Below, in pieces: positions 1 through 10,518 of a stretch of 64,000 nucleotides of DNA. The stretch is from an uncultured virus (IMG/VR IMGVR_UViG_3300048536_000227) (Duplodnaviria; Heunggongvirae; Uroviricota; Caudoviricetes). The DNA is taken from IMG/VR virus record IMGVR_UViG_3300048536_000227; one strand, 5' to 3'. The notes below the pieces were generated by a model. It saw only the letters and a program-made list of their open reading frames with translations. It was not told the origin of the DNA and made no database searches. The translations under genes and the position numbers were made by a program. Every line of letters starts with the position of its first letter. The stretch's first letter is position 1.

Positions 1-2
1 AC

Positions 3-173
3 GTTGACAAGTATATAAAGGCAGACGAAGAATTAAATAAGTTAGAAGCAAAAGTAACTTATATTCAAAGTGTGGTTGATTACTTAGATAAGACAATTCG
101 TATTATTACAAATAGAACATTTCAAATAAAAAACGCAATCGATTGGAAAAAGTTTACATCTGGTGTTATCTAA
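3..173 (+). CDS. uvsY: UvsY recombination mediator, C-terminal part (truncated at window edge)
   Basis: Manual translation ...YIKADEEL...NRTFQIKNAIDWKKFTSGVI*, a typical UvsY C-terminus; stop overlaps the uvsW ATG (TAATG). Confidence 0.85.
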   Translation, partial: VDKYIKADEELNKLEAKVTYIQSVVDYLDKTIRIITNRTFQIKNAIDWKKFTSGVI

Positions 174-1639
174 TGGCAGAAATATTAGTTGATAAAATAG
201 ATGATGTGTATTTGAGAGTAGATGCTGATGCTGATATTCGTAGAGAACTTTCACAGTATTTTTCGTTTGATGTTCCAGGTGCAAAATTCTCTCCACAGTT
301 TAGAAATAGAGTTTGGGATGGCAAGATTAGATTATATTCATATGCCACAGGACGTCTCTATGTTGGGTTGTTTCCATATCTTAAACACTGGTGCTCAGAA
401 AAAAATATAAAGGTAACTGAACTTAACGAGATTCTTACGCATAGGCCTGTCTCAGCCGTCGCCATACAAGAGTTAATTGAGGAGTATGGCATATCTATTA
501 AACCAAGAGATTATCAACTAGAAGCGTTTAAATTTGCATTAGAGAAAGAAAGAGGTCTTATACTCTCTCCTACGGCATCGGGTAAGTCTTTAATTGCATA
601 TATGCTTACAAGACATTATTTGAATTCGATAAACAACAAAGTCTTAATCATAGTTCCAACTACATCACTTGTTGAACAACTATACAAAGACTTTAAAGAT
701 TATGGTTATGATGTAGAAAATAATATTAGTAGAAAATATCACGGTTATGATATTGAAGATGATAAGAGAGTTGTCATATCAACTTGGCAATCTCTATACA
801 AATTACCTAAAAGTTTCTTTAATGGATTTGGTGCTGTAATAGGTGATGAAGCACACTTGTTCAAGGCAGTTTCATTAACAAAGATAATGACTAAATTAAC
901 TGATTGTAAATACAGAATAGGTATGACAGGAACTTTAGATGATAGTAAAACTCACAAACTTGTATTGCAAGGATTGTTTGGTCATGTAAACAAAGTTGTA
1001 TCAACAAAAGAATTGATAGATAGAAAACAATTATCAAATCTTAAAATTGTCGCACTAATTCTAAAACATAAAGAAGAAGATTGCAAAAAAGTTCACGGTG
1101 TAAAATACCATGAAGAATTAGAATTTATTGCTCAAAGTTCCTCTCGTAATAAATACATACGAAATTTAACCTTGGGACTAAATGGGAATACTTTATGTTT
1201 GTTTCAGTTAGTTGAAAAACATGGCGAGATTTTATATAATTTAATAAAAGAAAAAGCAGATCCAAATCGAAAAATATTTTTCGTTTATGGTGGAACAGAA
1301 ACAGATGATAGAGAAAAAATTAGAGCAATCACAGAAAAGTCGGATAACGCAATTATTGTCGCTTCTTTCGGGACCTTCAGCACTGGTATCAATATTCGTA
1401 ATTTACACAACATTGTTTTTAGTAGCCCTAGTAAAAGCCCTATAAGAATATTACAAAGTATCGGTAGAGGTTTAAGAAAAGGTGATAACAAAGATAGTGC
1501 CACACTTTACGATATTGCTGATGATCTAAAGTTTAAAGACAAAGAGAACTTTACGCTGAACCATTTTAGAGAGCGGATAAATATTTACAGTAGGGAAGAC
1601 TTTACCTATGAAATTCACAATATAGGTTTAGATAAATAG
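173..1639 (+). CDS. uvsW: UvsW SF2 DNA/RNA-DNA helicase
   Basis: PTASGKS Walker A, DEAH, QSIGRGLR motifs; ATG at 173 coupled to the uvsY stop. Confidence 0.95.
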   Translation: MAEILVDKIDDVYLRVDADADIRRELSQYFSFDVPGAKFSPQFRNRVWDGKIRLYSYATGRLYVGLFPYLKHWCSEKNIKVTELNEILTHRPVSAVAIQELIEEYGISIKPRDYQLEAFKFALEKERGLILSPTASGKSLIAYMLTRHYLNSINNKVLIIVPTTSLVEQLYKDFKDYGYDVENNISRKYHGYDIEDDKRVVISTWQSLYKLPKSFFNGFGAVIGDEAHLFKAVSLTKIMTKLTDCKYRIGMTGTLDDSKTHKLVLQGLFGHVNKVVSTKELIDRKQLSNLKIVALILKHKEEDCKKVHGVKYHEELEFIAQSSSRNKYIRNLTLGLNGNTLCLFQLVEKHGEILYNLIKEKADPNRKIFFVYGGTETDDREKIRAITEKSDNAIIVASFGTFSTGINIRNLHNIVFSSPSKSPIRILQSIGRGLRKGDNKDSATLYDIADDLKFKDKENFTLNHFRERINIYSREDFTYEIHNIGLDK

Positions 1640-1643
1640 TTAT

Positions 1644-2111
1644 ATGGCAAAAGAAATTCAAAAAACAAAGCCTCTTCAAGTTAAAATATTAAGACTAGTT
1701 ACAGGTGAAGAACTGTGCTGTGTTATTCCAGAGAAACAACTTACATCAAAATCTAATCTAGTTAGATTGTTAGAACCAATGTTAATTAAATACATTCCTC
1801 ATATGACGGAAGTAGGAGTGTCTGATTATATTGCGTTAGTTAAATGGGTTGGTTTTACTGATGACAAAATTATATCTATTCCAAAAGATAAAATTGTTAC
1901 TATTGCAAATGCCACGGCGCCGTTTTCTGTAAGGTATAAAAAACTAATAGATACTGTTAATTCTAAAAAGCAACCATTACCTGATTATGTTGAAAGGAAT
2001 CTATCTGAGGAAGAATATAAAAGCCTGGATGCTAAAGAAGAACTACAAAAGACAATAGATAAATTACATGATAATTCTGATGATCTAATGCCAAGCAAGA
2101 AGATACACTAG
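1644..2111 (+). CDS. Conserved T4-like hypothetical protein (Sm-like fold suspected)
   Basis: KILRLVTGEELCC N-terminal motif; usual position between uvsW and gp55. Confidence 0.6.
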   Translation: MAKEIQKTKPLQVKILRLVTGEELCCVIPEKQLTSKSNLVRLLEPMLIKYIPHMTEVGVSDYIALVKWVGFTDDKIISIPKDKIVTIANATAPFSVRYKKLIDTVNSKKQPLPDYVERNLSEEEYKSLDAKEELQKTIDKLHDNSDDLMPSKKIH

Positions 2112-2146
2112 CTTTAAAGCATTCTCTGGCAAAACTGGACACCAGT

Positions 2147-2175
2147 ATTATAACACCAAATCCCATATATGTCAA
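2147..2175 (-). promoter_or_regulatory. Antisense sigma70-consensus promoter
   Basis: Minus strand reads TTGACA-N17-TATAAT with extended -10 TG. Confidence 0.65.
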
Positions 2176-2181
2176 GTACCT

Positions 2182-2361
2182 ATGGAAGAATTTTATAAAT
2201 TAACAGTAACAAGAAATAATAAGGAAGAAGAAATGTACTATGGATATCTCTCTTATGACCAGATAATCTGTGATGTTGATATACTCTATGAAGATGGCGC
2301 TGATGCTGTTGAAATGGAAATGATAACAGAGAAAGAGTTTGAAAAAGAGTTAGCTTATTGA
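2182..2361 (+). CDS. Small acidic hypothetical protein (59 aa)
   Basis: Manual ORF MEEFYKLTVTRNNKEEEMYYG...FEKELAY* fills the gap before gp55. Confidence 0.55.
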   Translation: MEEFYKLTVTRNNKEEEMYYGYLSYDQIICDVDILYEDGADAVEMEMITEKEFEKELAY

Positions 2362-2385
2362 CAAATACACAAAATAGTATATAAT
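2358..2385 (+). promoter_or_regulatory. sigma70-type promoter for gp55
   Basis: TTGACA-N16-TATAAT, 7 nt before the ATG. Confidence 0.65.
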
Positions 2386-2392
2386 ATATAAT

Positions 2393-2944
2393 ATGACTAG
2401 AACGAAAAAAAAACCAGAACATTATGTAGATAATAAATTATTTCTACAGGCAATGATCGAATATAAAGATAAATGCGATAAGGCAGATAAGTCAAAAAGA
2501 AAACATCCACCTGTAACTAATTATATTGGTGAATGTTTTTTAAAAATTGCTAATCATTTATCGTATAGACCTAATTTCATTAACTATACTTTTAGAGACG
2601 ATATGATATCCGATGGTATAGAGAACTGTTTACAATATCTTAGTAATTTCAATCCAAAGAAATCAAATAACCCATTTGCTTATTTTACACAAATAATCTA
2701 TTACGCTTTTATTAGAAGAATACAGAAAGAGAAAAAACAGGCAAATATCAAATACAAAATGATTGAACAAGCAGGTATTGATGAATATGATACTCTACCA
2801 GGTGATACTAATTCTGAATACAAAAATCAGTTTTTAGAGTTTCTAAGAAAGAATAGACCTACTGAAGAACAACCTAAACCAAAAGAAATCAAAATCAGAA
2901 AGAGAAAAAGAAAAACTGCCGATATTAATTTAGAAGAAATTTAA
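2393..2944 (+). CDS. gp55: gp55 late-transcription sigma factor
   Basis: HYVDNK, YRPNFINYT, DMISDGIENCLQY, NPFAYFTQI motifs. Confidence 0.95.
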   Translation: MTRTKKKPEHYVDNKLFLQAMIEYKDKCDKADKSKRKHPPVTNYIGECFLKIANHLSYRPNFINYTFRDDMISDGIENCLQYLSNFNPKKSNNPFAYFTQIIYYAFIRRIQKEKKQANIKYKMIEQAGIDEYDTLPGDTNSEYKNQFLEFLRKNRPTEEQPKPKEIKIRKRKRKTADINLEEI

Positions 2945-2946
2945 TT

Positions 2947-4008
2947 ATGAAAATTGCAATGCTAAATGACACGCATTTTGGTGTCAGAAACGATAGTGAA
3001 GCGTTTAGAGAATATCAATTAAGATTTTACAATGAAATCTTTTTCCCATACCTACAAGAACATAAGATTAAAACACTTGTTCATTTAGGTGACGTAGTTG
3101 ATAGAAGAAAGTTTATCAACTTTAATACTGCTTCTGTTTTTAGAAAACAGTTTTGGGATAGACTATATGAAGAACAAATTGATACGCATGTTATAATAGG
3201 TAACCATGATACTTATTATAAGAACACTAACGAAGTAAATGCAATTGAAAATCTTTATACTTCATTTGATAAAAAACACGAACCTTGGATATACACAAGA
3301 CCATCAGTTGTAGATTTTGATGGCACTAGTATATTGTTTATGCCTTGGATATGTGATGATACAAGAGAAGAGTCTATGAAGATGATAGAAACTGCTAAGG
3401 CAGAAATTGTAATGGGACATTTAGAAATCAAAGGTGTTGAAATGCAAAATGGCGTGATTAATGATCATGGTTTAAACAAATCAGATTTTAAAAGATTTGA
3501 TAAAGTTATCTCTGGACACTTTCATAAACATACAGATGATGGACAAATATATTACAATGGTGCTCAATATGAAATGACATGGTCAGATTATAAAGATCAA
3601 AAGGCATTTAATATATTTGATACAGAAACAAGAGAAATAACAAGAGTAAGCAATCCATTAACTATTCATAACAAAATAATCTATGATGATAAAAAAAATA
3701 ACTATGATAATTTTGATTTAAAACCATATCACAAACACTTTGTTAAACTTATTATACTTAATAAGACAGATGAGGAACAATTTGATAGACTTGTTAATAG
3801 ATTATATAAAGAAATACAAATACATGATTTAACAATACTAGAAGACTTTTCCGATATTAAAGCAAGTGTTAAAGATGAGGCACTGGATATGGGCGAAGAC
3901 ACCATTACTTTTTTAAATAACTATGTAGATCAACTTGAAACAGATGTTGATAAACAAAAACTAAAAGAATATTTAAAATCTTTTTATGTAGAGGCAAACG
4001 ATAGATGA
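2947..4008 (+). CDS. gp47: gp47 Mre11/SbcD-like recombination nuclease
   Basis: DTHFG, GDVVD, GNHD, SGHFH metallophosphoesterase motifs. Confidence 0.93.
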   Translation: MKIAMLNDTHFGVRNDSEAFREYQLRFYNEIFFPYLQEHKIKTLVHLGDVVDRRKFINFNTASVFRKQFWDRLYEEQIDTHVIIGNHDTYYKNTNEVNAIENLYTSFDKKHEPWIYTRPSVVDFDGTSILFMPWICDDTREESMKMIETAKAEIVMGHLEIKGVEMQNGVINDHGLNKSDFKRFDKVISGHFHKHTDDGQIYYNGAQYEMTWSDYKDQKAFNIFDTETREITRVSNPLTIHNKIIYDDKKNNYDNFDLKPYHKHFVKLIILNKTDEEQFDRLVNRLYKEIQIHDLTILEDFSDIKASVKDEALDMGEDTITFLNNYVDQLETDVDKQKLKEYLKSFYVEANDR

Positions 4009-5714
4009 TACAATTTCAAAAGATAAGATGGAAAAACTTCCTATCAACAGGTAATAATTTTATTGAAGTAGATTTAGAGAAATCAAAATCAACTTTGATT
4101 ATAGGTGCCAACGGTTCTGGTAAGTCAACTTTGTTAGACGCCTTATGTTATGTTTTATTTAATAGGCCATACAGAAATATTAAAAAAGATCAACTTGTTA
4201 ATAGTATTAATGGTGGTGATTGTGAAATAGAAATAGAGTTTATTGTTAATAGAAGACAATATAAAGTTATTAGATGTATCAAACCAAACAAGTTTGAGAT
4301 TTATTGTAATGGTGATTTAGTAGACCAAGATGCTTCTGCTGTAGATTATCAAAAGTCTTTAGAAGAAAATATATTAAAATGTAACTATCGTGCTTTTTGC
4401 CAAACAGTAATACTTGGTTCTTCTTCTTATGAACCATTTATGAAAATGAGAGATCAGTATAGACGTGAAGTTGTTGAAGAAATATTAGACATAAGAGTCT
4501 TTACTCATATGGATTATTTAATAAGACAGAAACAAAATGAACTAGGCAAGAGTGTTGTTGAAGTTAAACATAGATTTGATTTGTTAAATGAAAAATATAA
4601 CCTACAGAAAAAACACTTTGAAGAAATACAATCAAAAGACAATACAGTTATAGAAGATAAAAAGAAACAGTTAAAAGAAAATGAAGTTAGTAACTATGAG
4701 TATAACCAGAAATTACAGTTACTCAATGAAAAAATTATATCAACAAAATCTGAAATATGGGGTGGTGAGAAACATACTCAAAAATCAAATGAACTGGCAA
4801 AACTAGAAGCAAAGATTGAAACAAATTTATCAAATCACAAAAGAACTTTAGACTTTTTTCAAAACAATGATACATGCAACACATGTACACAACCAATAGA
4901 TAAAAATTTTAAATTAAAAAAGATAAATGAAGAGGCACAGAAAATATCAGACTTAGAAACAGGCCTACAAGATTTAGAAAAAGAGATCAATAAAACAGAT
5001 GAGAGAATAACTGAATACAAAGAAATAGAAAAAAGACTTAATAAGTTAAATCTATCTGTTGCTAAAATCAATACGTCTATTTCAGAAATCAATAGACACT
5101 CAAATAGATTAGATGTGGAAATTGCAAAACTAAATGGTGAAACAGATTCAACAAGCAATGTTGCTGAACAAATAGAACAACTTAGAATAGATTTAGAACA
5201 AGTAAATATTGAAAAAGATGAAATCGTAGAGAAGAAAAAATACATTGATATTGCCAGAGAAATATTAAATGATACAGGAGTTAAGGCAAACATTATTAAA
5301 AAGTATATACCTATAATGAATGGTCTTATCAATAAGTATCTAAGAGCAATGGACTTCTTTGTTAACTTTCACTTAGATGAAGAATTTAAAGAGACAATCA
5401 AAAGTAGATTTAGAGACGCCTTTGCATATAATAGTTTTAGTGAAGGTGAAAAACTAAGAATAGACTTGGCACTTTTATTTACTTGGCGTGAGATTGCCAG
5501 AATGAAAAACAGTACAAATACCAATCTATTAATATTAGATGAGATATTTGATTCTAGTTTAGATGGTCAAGGAACAGATGATTTTTTTAGAATACTAAAA
5601 GAACTAACAAATCAAAATGCATTTATTATATCACACAAAGGAGATATACTATTTGATAAATTTACAAATATAATGAAGTTTAGCAAGGTCAATAACTTCT
5701 CAACCATGGAGTAA
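4005..5714 (+). CDS. gp46: gp46 Rad50/SbcC-like ATPase
   Basis: GANGSGKS, CxxC zinc hook, FSEGEK signature, LILDE. Confidence 0.95.
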   Translation: MIQFQKIRWKNFLSTGNNFIEVDLEKSKSTLIIGANGSGKSTLLDALCYVLFNRPYRNIKKDQLVNSINGGDCEIEIEFIVNRRQYKVIRCIKPNKFEIYCNGDLVDQDASAVDYQKSLEENILKCNYRAFCQTVILGSSSYEPFMKMRDQYRREVVEEILDIRVFTHMDYLIRQKQNELGKSVVEVKHRFDLLNEKYNLQKKHFEEIQSKDNTVIEDKKKQLKENEVSNYEYNQKLQLLNEKIISTKSEIWGGEKHTQKSNELAKLEAKIETNLSNHKRTLDFFQNNDTCNTCTQPIDKNFKLKKINEEAQKISDLETGLQDLEKEINKTDERITEYKEIEKRLNKLNLSVAKINTSISEINRHSNRLDVEIAKLNGETDSTSNVAEQIEQLRIDLEQVNIEKDEIVEKKKYIDIAREILNDTGVKANIIKKYIPIMNGLINKYLRAMDFFVNFHLDEEFKETIKSRFRDAFAYNSFSEGEKLRIDLALLFTWREIARMKNSTNTNLLILDEIFDSSLDGQGTDDFFRILKELTNQNAFIISHKGDILFDKFTNIMKFSKVNNFSTME

Positions 5715-5716
5715 TT

Positions 5717-6277
5717 ATGAAATATGAATTGATACCACCAACTGATCCAAGAGTGCTTTCAAGTGTTGCACTCTTTGATATAGAGACATTTAAAAAAGAA
5801 GAAAAAATAGAACTAAAAGAATTTGTTGATAATCTTTTTCAGACTATGAAGAACTATGGTGGCATAGGCCTATCAGCAAATCAAGTTGGTAAACCATATC
5901 GTATGTTTGTTATGGGTGGTCATGCAGATATATCAAAAGGTAAAAAGTGGACTTGTATTAATCCTGAAGTTGTTGAGTTTAGTAAAGAAACAGTTAGATA
6001 CAAAGAAGGATGCTTAACTTTTCCATTTCTATTCTTAGATATAGAAAGACCTAGATTAATAAAAGTAAAATATCTAAATGAAAAACTAGAAACAGTTGAA
6101 GAAACATTTGATGGTTTAGTTAGTAGATGTTATCAACATGAATTAGATCATATGCATGGATCAGTTTTTACAGAAAAAGTTACTAAGTTTAAATTAGACA
6201 GAGCAATAGCAAGAAGAAACAAAGAAATAAAAAGATTAGAAAAAGTTAGAAAGGCAATGGCAAGTGGAACCGTATAA
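5717..6277 (+). CDS. def: Peptide deformylase
   Basis: GIGLSANQVG, EGCLT, QHELDH motifs. Confidence 0.95.
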   Translation: MKYELIPPTDPRVLSSVALFDIETFKKEEKIELKEFVDNLFQTMKNYGGIGLSANQVGKPYRMFVMGGHADISKGKKWTCINPEVVEFSKETVRYKEGCLTFPFLFLDIERPRLIKVKYLNEKLETVEETFDGLVSRCYQHELDHMHGSVFTEKVTKFKLDRAIARRNKEIKRLEKVRKAMASGTV

Positions 6278-7016
6278 ATTTCCTAAATTAGTTATTGAAG
6301 AACATGATGGTTTTCATGTAGTAAGAGACGATCTATTAGAAGGTGGTTCTAAAAGACGTTTTGTTGATAGACTTATTAGAGAAGAAGTTGCTAAAGGCGC
6401 CGAAGAATTTGTTTATGGTGGTTGCCCAGCAAATGGTTATGCTCAGTTATCATTAACTTTACAAGCAAAACATTATGGCAAAAAGGCAATATTCTTTATG
6501 GCAAAAAGATCATTAGATAACTTGCATCCGTATCAGAAACAGGCACTAGAATATGGTGCTGACATTCGTTGGGTGCCAAATGGTATGTTGTCAGTTACTA
6601 AAAAAAGAGCAAGAGATTATTTTTACGAAGACCCTATAAAGAGAAGAATATTACCATTAGGATTAGAAGATCAAAGGGTATTTGAAGACATAAGAGATAT
6701 TGCGTCAACAATAGAAAAAGATTATAATATAGAAGTTAGTGAAGTATGGTCAGTAGGATCAAGTGGAACACTAACAAGAGGATTGCAAATGGCATTTCCA
6801 GACAAAGAAGTAAATGTGGTTTCAGTTGGTCACAAAATGAAACAAAAAGAAATAGGTCGTGCTAATCTTTATATGTCAGATTATAAGTTTACGCAAGAAG
6901 TAAAAGAAGAAGATCAACCACCCTTTCCGTCAGTACCAACATATGACGCAAAAGCATGGCCAGTAATGAAAAAATATGCTAAGAAAGGATCATTGTTTTG
7001 GAATGTGGGTAAATAG
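6264..7016 (+). CDS. PLP-dependent fold-type II enzyme (ACC deaminase/D-Cys desulfhydrase-like)
   Basis: VRDDLLEGGSKRR (PLP lysine), VGSSGT phosphate loop, YDAK near C-terminus. Confidence 0.7.
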   Translation: MEPYKFPKLVIEEHDGFHVVRDDLLEGGSKRRFVDRLIREEVAKGAEEFVYGGCPANGYAQLSLTLQAKHYGKKAIFFMAKRSLDNLHPYQKQALEYGADIRWVPNGMLSVTKKRARDYFYEDPIKRRILPLGLEDQRVFEDIRDIASTIEKDYNIEVSEVWSVGSSGTLTRGLQMAFPDKEVNVVSVGHKMKQKEIGRANLYMSDYKFTQEVKEEDQPPFPSVPTYDAKAWPVMKKYAKKGSLFWNVGK

Positions 7017-7059
7017 ACAGACTATTGACAAAATAGTTAGTTTATGATATTATTATATT

Positions 7060-8139
7060 ATGAGTGATATTTTACAGCAAACACACGATACAATAAAAGA
7101 TAAAGGTTTTCCTTATTATCCAACAGATAAGAAGTGGAGAGACGATAAGTATAATCAATTATTGGCATTTAAAAGAGACACTATATTGGATAGACAACAT
7201 AGAGTTATAGGTCAATCAACACATGGTTTAAATCTTGCATGGTCTTATATGACACACTCCTGGGGTATTCAGTGTGGTAAAATGAAAACACCTATGGAAG
7301 TATGGAATGACGAAGAACATCTTAAAAAAGGCATAAACAAAATACTTACAGGAACATTCTTTAAACAAAAGAAACCACACGAAATAACAGACTCAGACAT
7401 GAGATCAATGTTAAGAAGATATAGTGGTACTCAAATGGTTTCTAATTTTAGACCAACAGCGGCTGCAACTTTATATGATATATTTGTTGATAAAGATTCG
7501 CCATTAGAAGGCACTGAAGCAGGAACAGTATGGGATCCAAGTATGGGTTATGGTGGTCGTTTATTAGGTGCAATCGCAGCTGGTGTAAATTATATAGGAA
7601 CTGATCCATGCATTCCTACTTATAAGGGTTTAGAACAAATACGAGACGCATATGGTCATCCTCATAAATCATATAAACTATTAAGACAAGGTAGTGAAAC
7701 ATATGTACCAATGCAAAATTCATTAGACTTTGTATTTACTAGTCCACCATACTTTGGTTGGGAAGCATATGGTGATGAACCAGAACAATCAAGTATTAAA
7801 TTCAGTAATAGTGATTTGTGGAAAGAAGGATTTTTAAGACAGACTATTAAAAATGCATACACAGGATTAAAGAAAGGCAAAAAACTTGCTTTAAACGTTG
7901 CAAACACAAAGCAATACAAAACATTTGAAGAAGATACACACGATCTAATGGTTGATGAGGGATTTGAAGATATGGAAATATGGTGGTTATCTCTATCAAC
8001 ACAACAAGGTGCTTCAACACAATCTACACTAGAAGGTGTAGAAACAGAGAAAAAACAATCACAGAAATACATAGGGCGATTCGAAAGACCTGACATTTCA
8101 GGTAGAAAATTCGAACCAATATTCATCGGAACCAAGTAA
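7060..8139 (+). CDS. Amino (N4-C/N6-A) DNA methyltransferase
   Basis: DPSMGYGGR SAM-binding motif and FTSPPYF catalytic motif. Confidence 0.8.
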   Translation: MSDILQQTHDTIKDKGFPYYPTDKKWRDDKYNQLLAFKRDTILDRQHRVIGQSTHGLNLAWSYMTHSWGIQCGKMKTPMEVWNDEEHLKKGINKILTGTFFKQKKPHEITDSDMRSMLRRYSGTQMVSNFRPTAAATLYDIFVDKDSPLEGTEAGTVWDPSMGYGGRLLGAIAAGVNYIGTDPCIPTYKGLEQIRDAYGHPHKSYKLLRQGSETYVPMQNSLDFVFTSPPYFGWEAYGDEPEQSSIKFSNSDLWKEGFLRQTIKNAYTGLKKGKKLALNVANTKQYKTFEEDTHDLMVDEGFEDMEIWWLSLSTQQGASTQSTLEGVETEKKQSQKYIGRFERPDISGRKFEPIFIGTK

Positions 8140-8149
8140 AAAATCAAGT

Positions 8150-8164
8150 GTTCTCTTTTTGTTC
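8150..8164. promoter_or_regulatory. Alphaproteobacterial-type LexA box
   Basis: GTTC-TCTTTTT-GTTC (GTTC-N7-GTTC) in the intergenic region upstream of a promoter. Confidence 0.55.
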
Positions 8165-8241
8165 TCCTGTGCAAATTGGCACACCCTTAAAAAACCTAGT
8201 AAAATCAACAAAAATAAAAGCAAAAAAAAGCTATAGGTCTA

Positions 8242-8270
8242 TTGACTTTTTGATTGTTTTCCTATATACT
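8242..8270 (+). promoter_or_regulatory. sigma70-type (early) promoter
   Basis: TTGACT-N17-TATACT with A-rich upstream region. Confidence 0.6.
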
Positions 8271-8278
8271 TACTGAAT

Positions 8279-10390
8279 ATGAAAACAAATACTATGAATA
8301 TGAAAAACACTATTGAAAATAAAAGTACACTTGCTAAACTACTTGCTACTGAAAATATTGAAGTACAAGAAAATGCTACACAAACTGCTTCATTTGATGT
8401 TGCGAATAGAATATTAACTATCCCAATATTTAAAGAAGAACACAAATCAAAACATGTTTATGATATGTTGATCGGCCATGAGGTATCTCATGCTTTACAT
8501 ACACCATCTGAATCATGGAAATCTATGTCTGATAGATCAAAAGAATTTAGATCATTTGTTAATGTTATTGAAGATGCTAGAATTGATAAACTTATTCAAA
8601 GTAAATATCCAGGTTTAACTGTTGATTATATTGAAGGTTTTAAAAAGTTATATGCTGATAACTTCTTCGGTACTAAAGACAAAGATATTAACAAAGATTA
8701 TACATTAATTGATAAAATCAATCTATGGTTTAAATCTTCTAAAAATTTAGATATTAAATTTACATCTAAAGAAAACAAATTCGTTGAGGCAGTTGATAAC
8801 TGTAAATCATTTGATGAAGTTTTAAAACTTGCTGAAGAAATCTTAGGTCACTGTAAAGAAGAATTGAAAAAACAACCTGAATTAACTAAGTCGTTTGAAA
8901 TATCAAAAGAAAAATCTAAAGATGAAGAAACTGAAACCGAACAAGACTCTATGTCTGCTGATCAAAAATTAGATCAGTGGGTAGAAAAACAAGAAGGTGA
9001 AAGTGATGAAGAAGTTAAAAAAGAAAAAGATCAATCATTTTCAAATGGTGCTGGCGGTGATTTAGAAATTAGATCATTGACTAATGAGGCATACGATAAT
9101 GCTAGAAAGGATATGTCTGATGATAAACAAGAGGATAGAGTATATTCAACTCTTCCATCCGTTAATCTTAAAAATATTATCATTCCTTATTCTAAGTATA
9201 TTAGAGATCATTACATACATGACTCTAAGTTAGATTCTTATGACAAGGCATTATTAACTAATGCAAAGGAAGAAACTAAAAAATTTATGAAAGAATCTAG
9301 TTCAGTTGTAAATTATCTAGTTAAAGAATTTGAAATGAAAAAAAATGCTAAGTTATATGCTCGTGCTTCACAAGATAAAACAGGTATTGTTGATCCTTTA
9401 AAATTACATACTTATAAATTTGCTGAAGATATTTTCAAAAAAATTACTACTGTTCCTAATCAAAAAAATCATGGTATGATTTTATTACTTGATTGGTCTG
9501 GTTCTATGGCAAAAAACTTATTGCCAACTGTTGAACAATTGCTAAACTTAGTTATGTTTTGTAAAAAGATCAACATACCTTTTTCAGTATATTCATTTAT
9601 GAATCCTGATAAAACAGATAATAGTAATCCTTTTAAAATTACTAATACAACTTTACAGGCAGATCAAACTACAAGATTAGTACAGTTATTCTCACACAAT
9701 CAAAGTAAAGTTGATTTTACTAGAGTATGTGAATTGTTACACCGATCTGCTAAGTATTTTTCTGGATACAGATCATATTATAACCATGAGAGAGTTCCAA
9801 GTATTCCACATGAATATTACCTATCATCAACTCCTTTAAACGAGTCGTTGATTGCTATGGATACAATCATTAAAAAGTTTAAGAATGATTATAAAGTAGA
9901 AAAACTTGCTCTTGTTACATTAACAGACGGTGCTTCTAATTCACTTAGAGGCAATGGTGATGGTATGTATGGTAAAACTTATCTTAAATTGCATAACAAA
10001 TATGTTCCTGTATCTGATTATAGTAGAGACAAAGAATGTTTAACAAATACTTTGATTGGTTACTTAAAGAAAAAATATGATTTACAAACTGTTGGTTTCT
10101 TTTTGGCAGATAAGTTTAGAGAGTTACAATGGAACCTGCCAATAAGTCTTAACTATAAACAAACAGAAACATTTAAAAGGATGTTTACTAAAGATAAATT
10201 TGTGCCAGACTATACAACTGCTTATGATGTTTATTTTTATGTTAAGGCAGATACTAAAGTTGTAAATACTGATATGTCTAATGTTGAGACAACTGATAAG
10301 AGAACATTGAAAAAAATGTTTATGTCTGGTATGAAAAAAAGATTGACGAGTCGAATCTTATTACAGAATTTTATAAAGAGAATCGCTTAA
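8279..10390 (+). CDS. HExxH metallopeptidase-like + vWA domain protein (CobT-like MoxR partner)
   Basis: HEVSH, NVIEDARID, LLLDWSGSM MIDAS motif, TLTDG. Confidence 0.8.
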   Translation: MKTNTMNMKNTIENKSTLAKLLATENIEVQENATQTASFDVANRILTIPIFKEEHKSKHVYDMLIGHEVSHALHTPSESWKSMSDRSKEFRSFVNVIEDARIDKLIQSKYPGLTVDYIEGFKKLYADNFFGTKDKDINKDYTLIDKINLWFKSSKNLDIKFTSKENKFVEAVDNCKSFDEVLKLAEEILGHCKEELKKQPELTKSFEISKEKSKDEETETEQDSMSADQKLDQWVEKQEGESDEEVKKEKDQSFSNGAGGDLEIRSLTNEAYDNARKDMSDDKQEDRVYSTLPSVNLKNIIIPYSKYIRDHYIHDSKLDSYDKALLTNAKEETKKFMKESSSVVNYLVKEFEMKKNAKLYARASQDKTGIVDPLKLHTYKFAEDIFKKITTVPNQKNHGMILLLDWSGSMAKNLLPTVEQLLNLVMFCKKINIPFSVYSFMNPDKTDNSNPFKITNTTLQADQTTRLVQLFSHNQSKVDFTRVCELLHRSAKYFSGYRSYYNHERVPSIPHEYYLSSTPLNESLIAMDTIIKKFKNDYKVEKLALVTLTDGASNSLRGNGDGMYGKTYLKLHNKYVPVSDYSRDKECLTNTLIGYLKKKYDLQTVGFFLADKFRELQWNLPISLNYKQTETFKRMFTKDKFVPDYTTAYDVYFYVKADTKVVNTDMSNVETTDKRTLKKMFMSGMKKRLTSRILLQNFIKRIA

Positions 10391-10452
10391 AAAACATGAG
10401 TGTTGCAAATATGTCACACTATTTATTAAGTAAATCAATATAAAATAAGTGC

Positions 10453-10481
10453 TTGACTTTCATACGATTTTATGATAGGAT
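10453..10481 (+). promoter_or_regulatory. Early promoter (TATGATAGGAT class)
   Basis: TTGACT-N17-TAGGAT; same -10 context at 60902 and 61490. Confidence 0.65.
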
Positions 10482-10518
10482 AGTACTATAAACAAATAAA
10501 AAAAAAGGAAAAAACACT

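Noticed and set aside
143..172. TTG start for uvsW given by the ORF track
   Set aside because: It lies inside uvsY; the ATG at 173 is coupled to the uvsY stop and is more plausible
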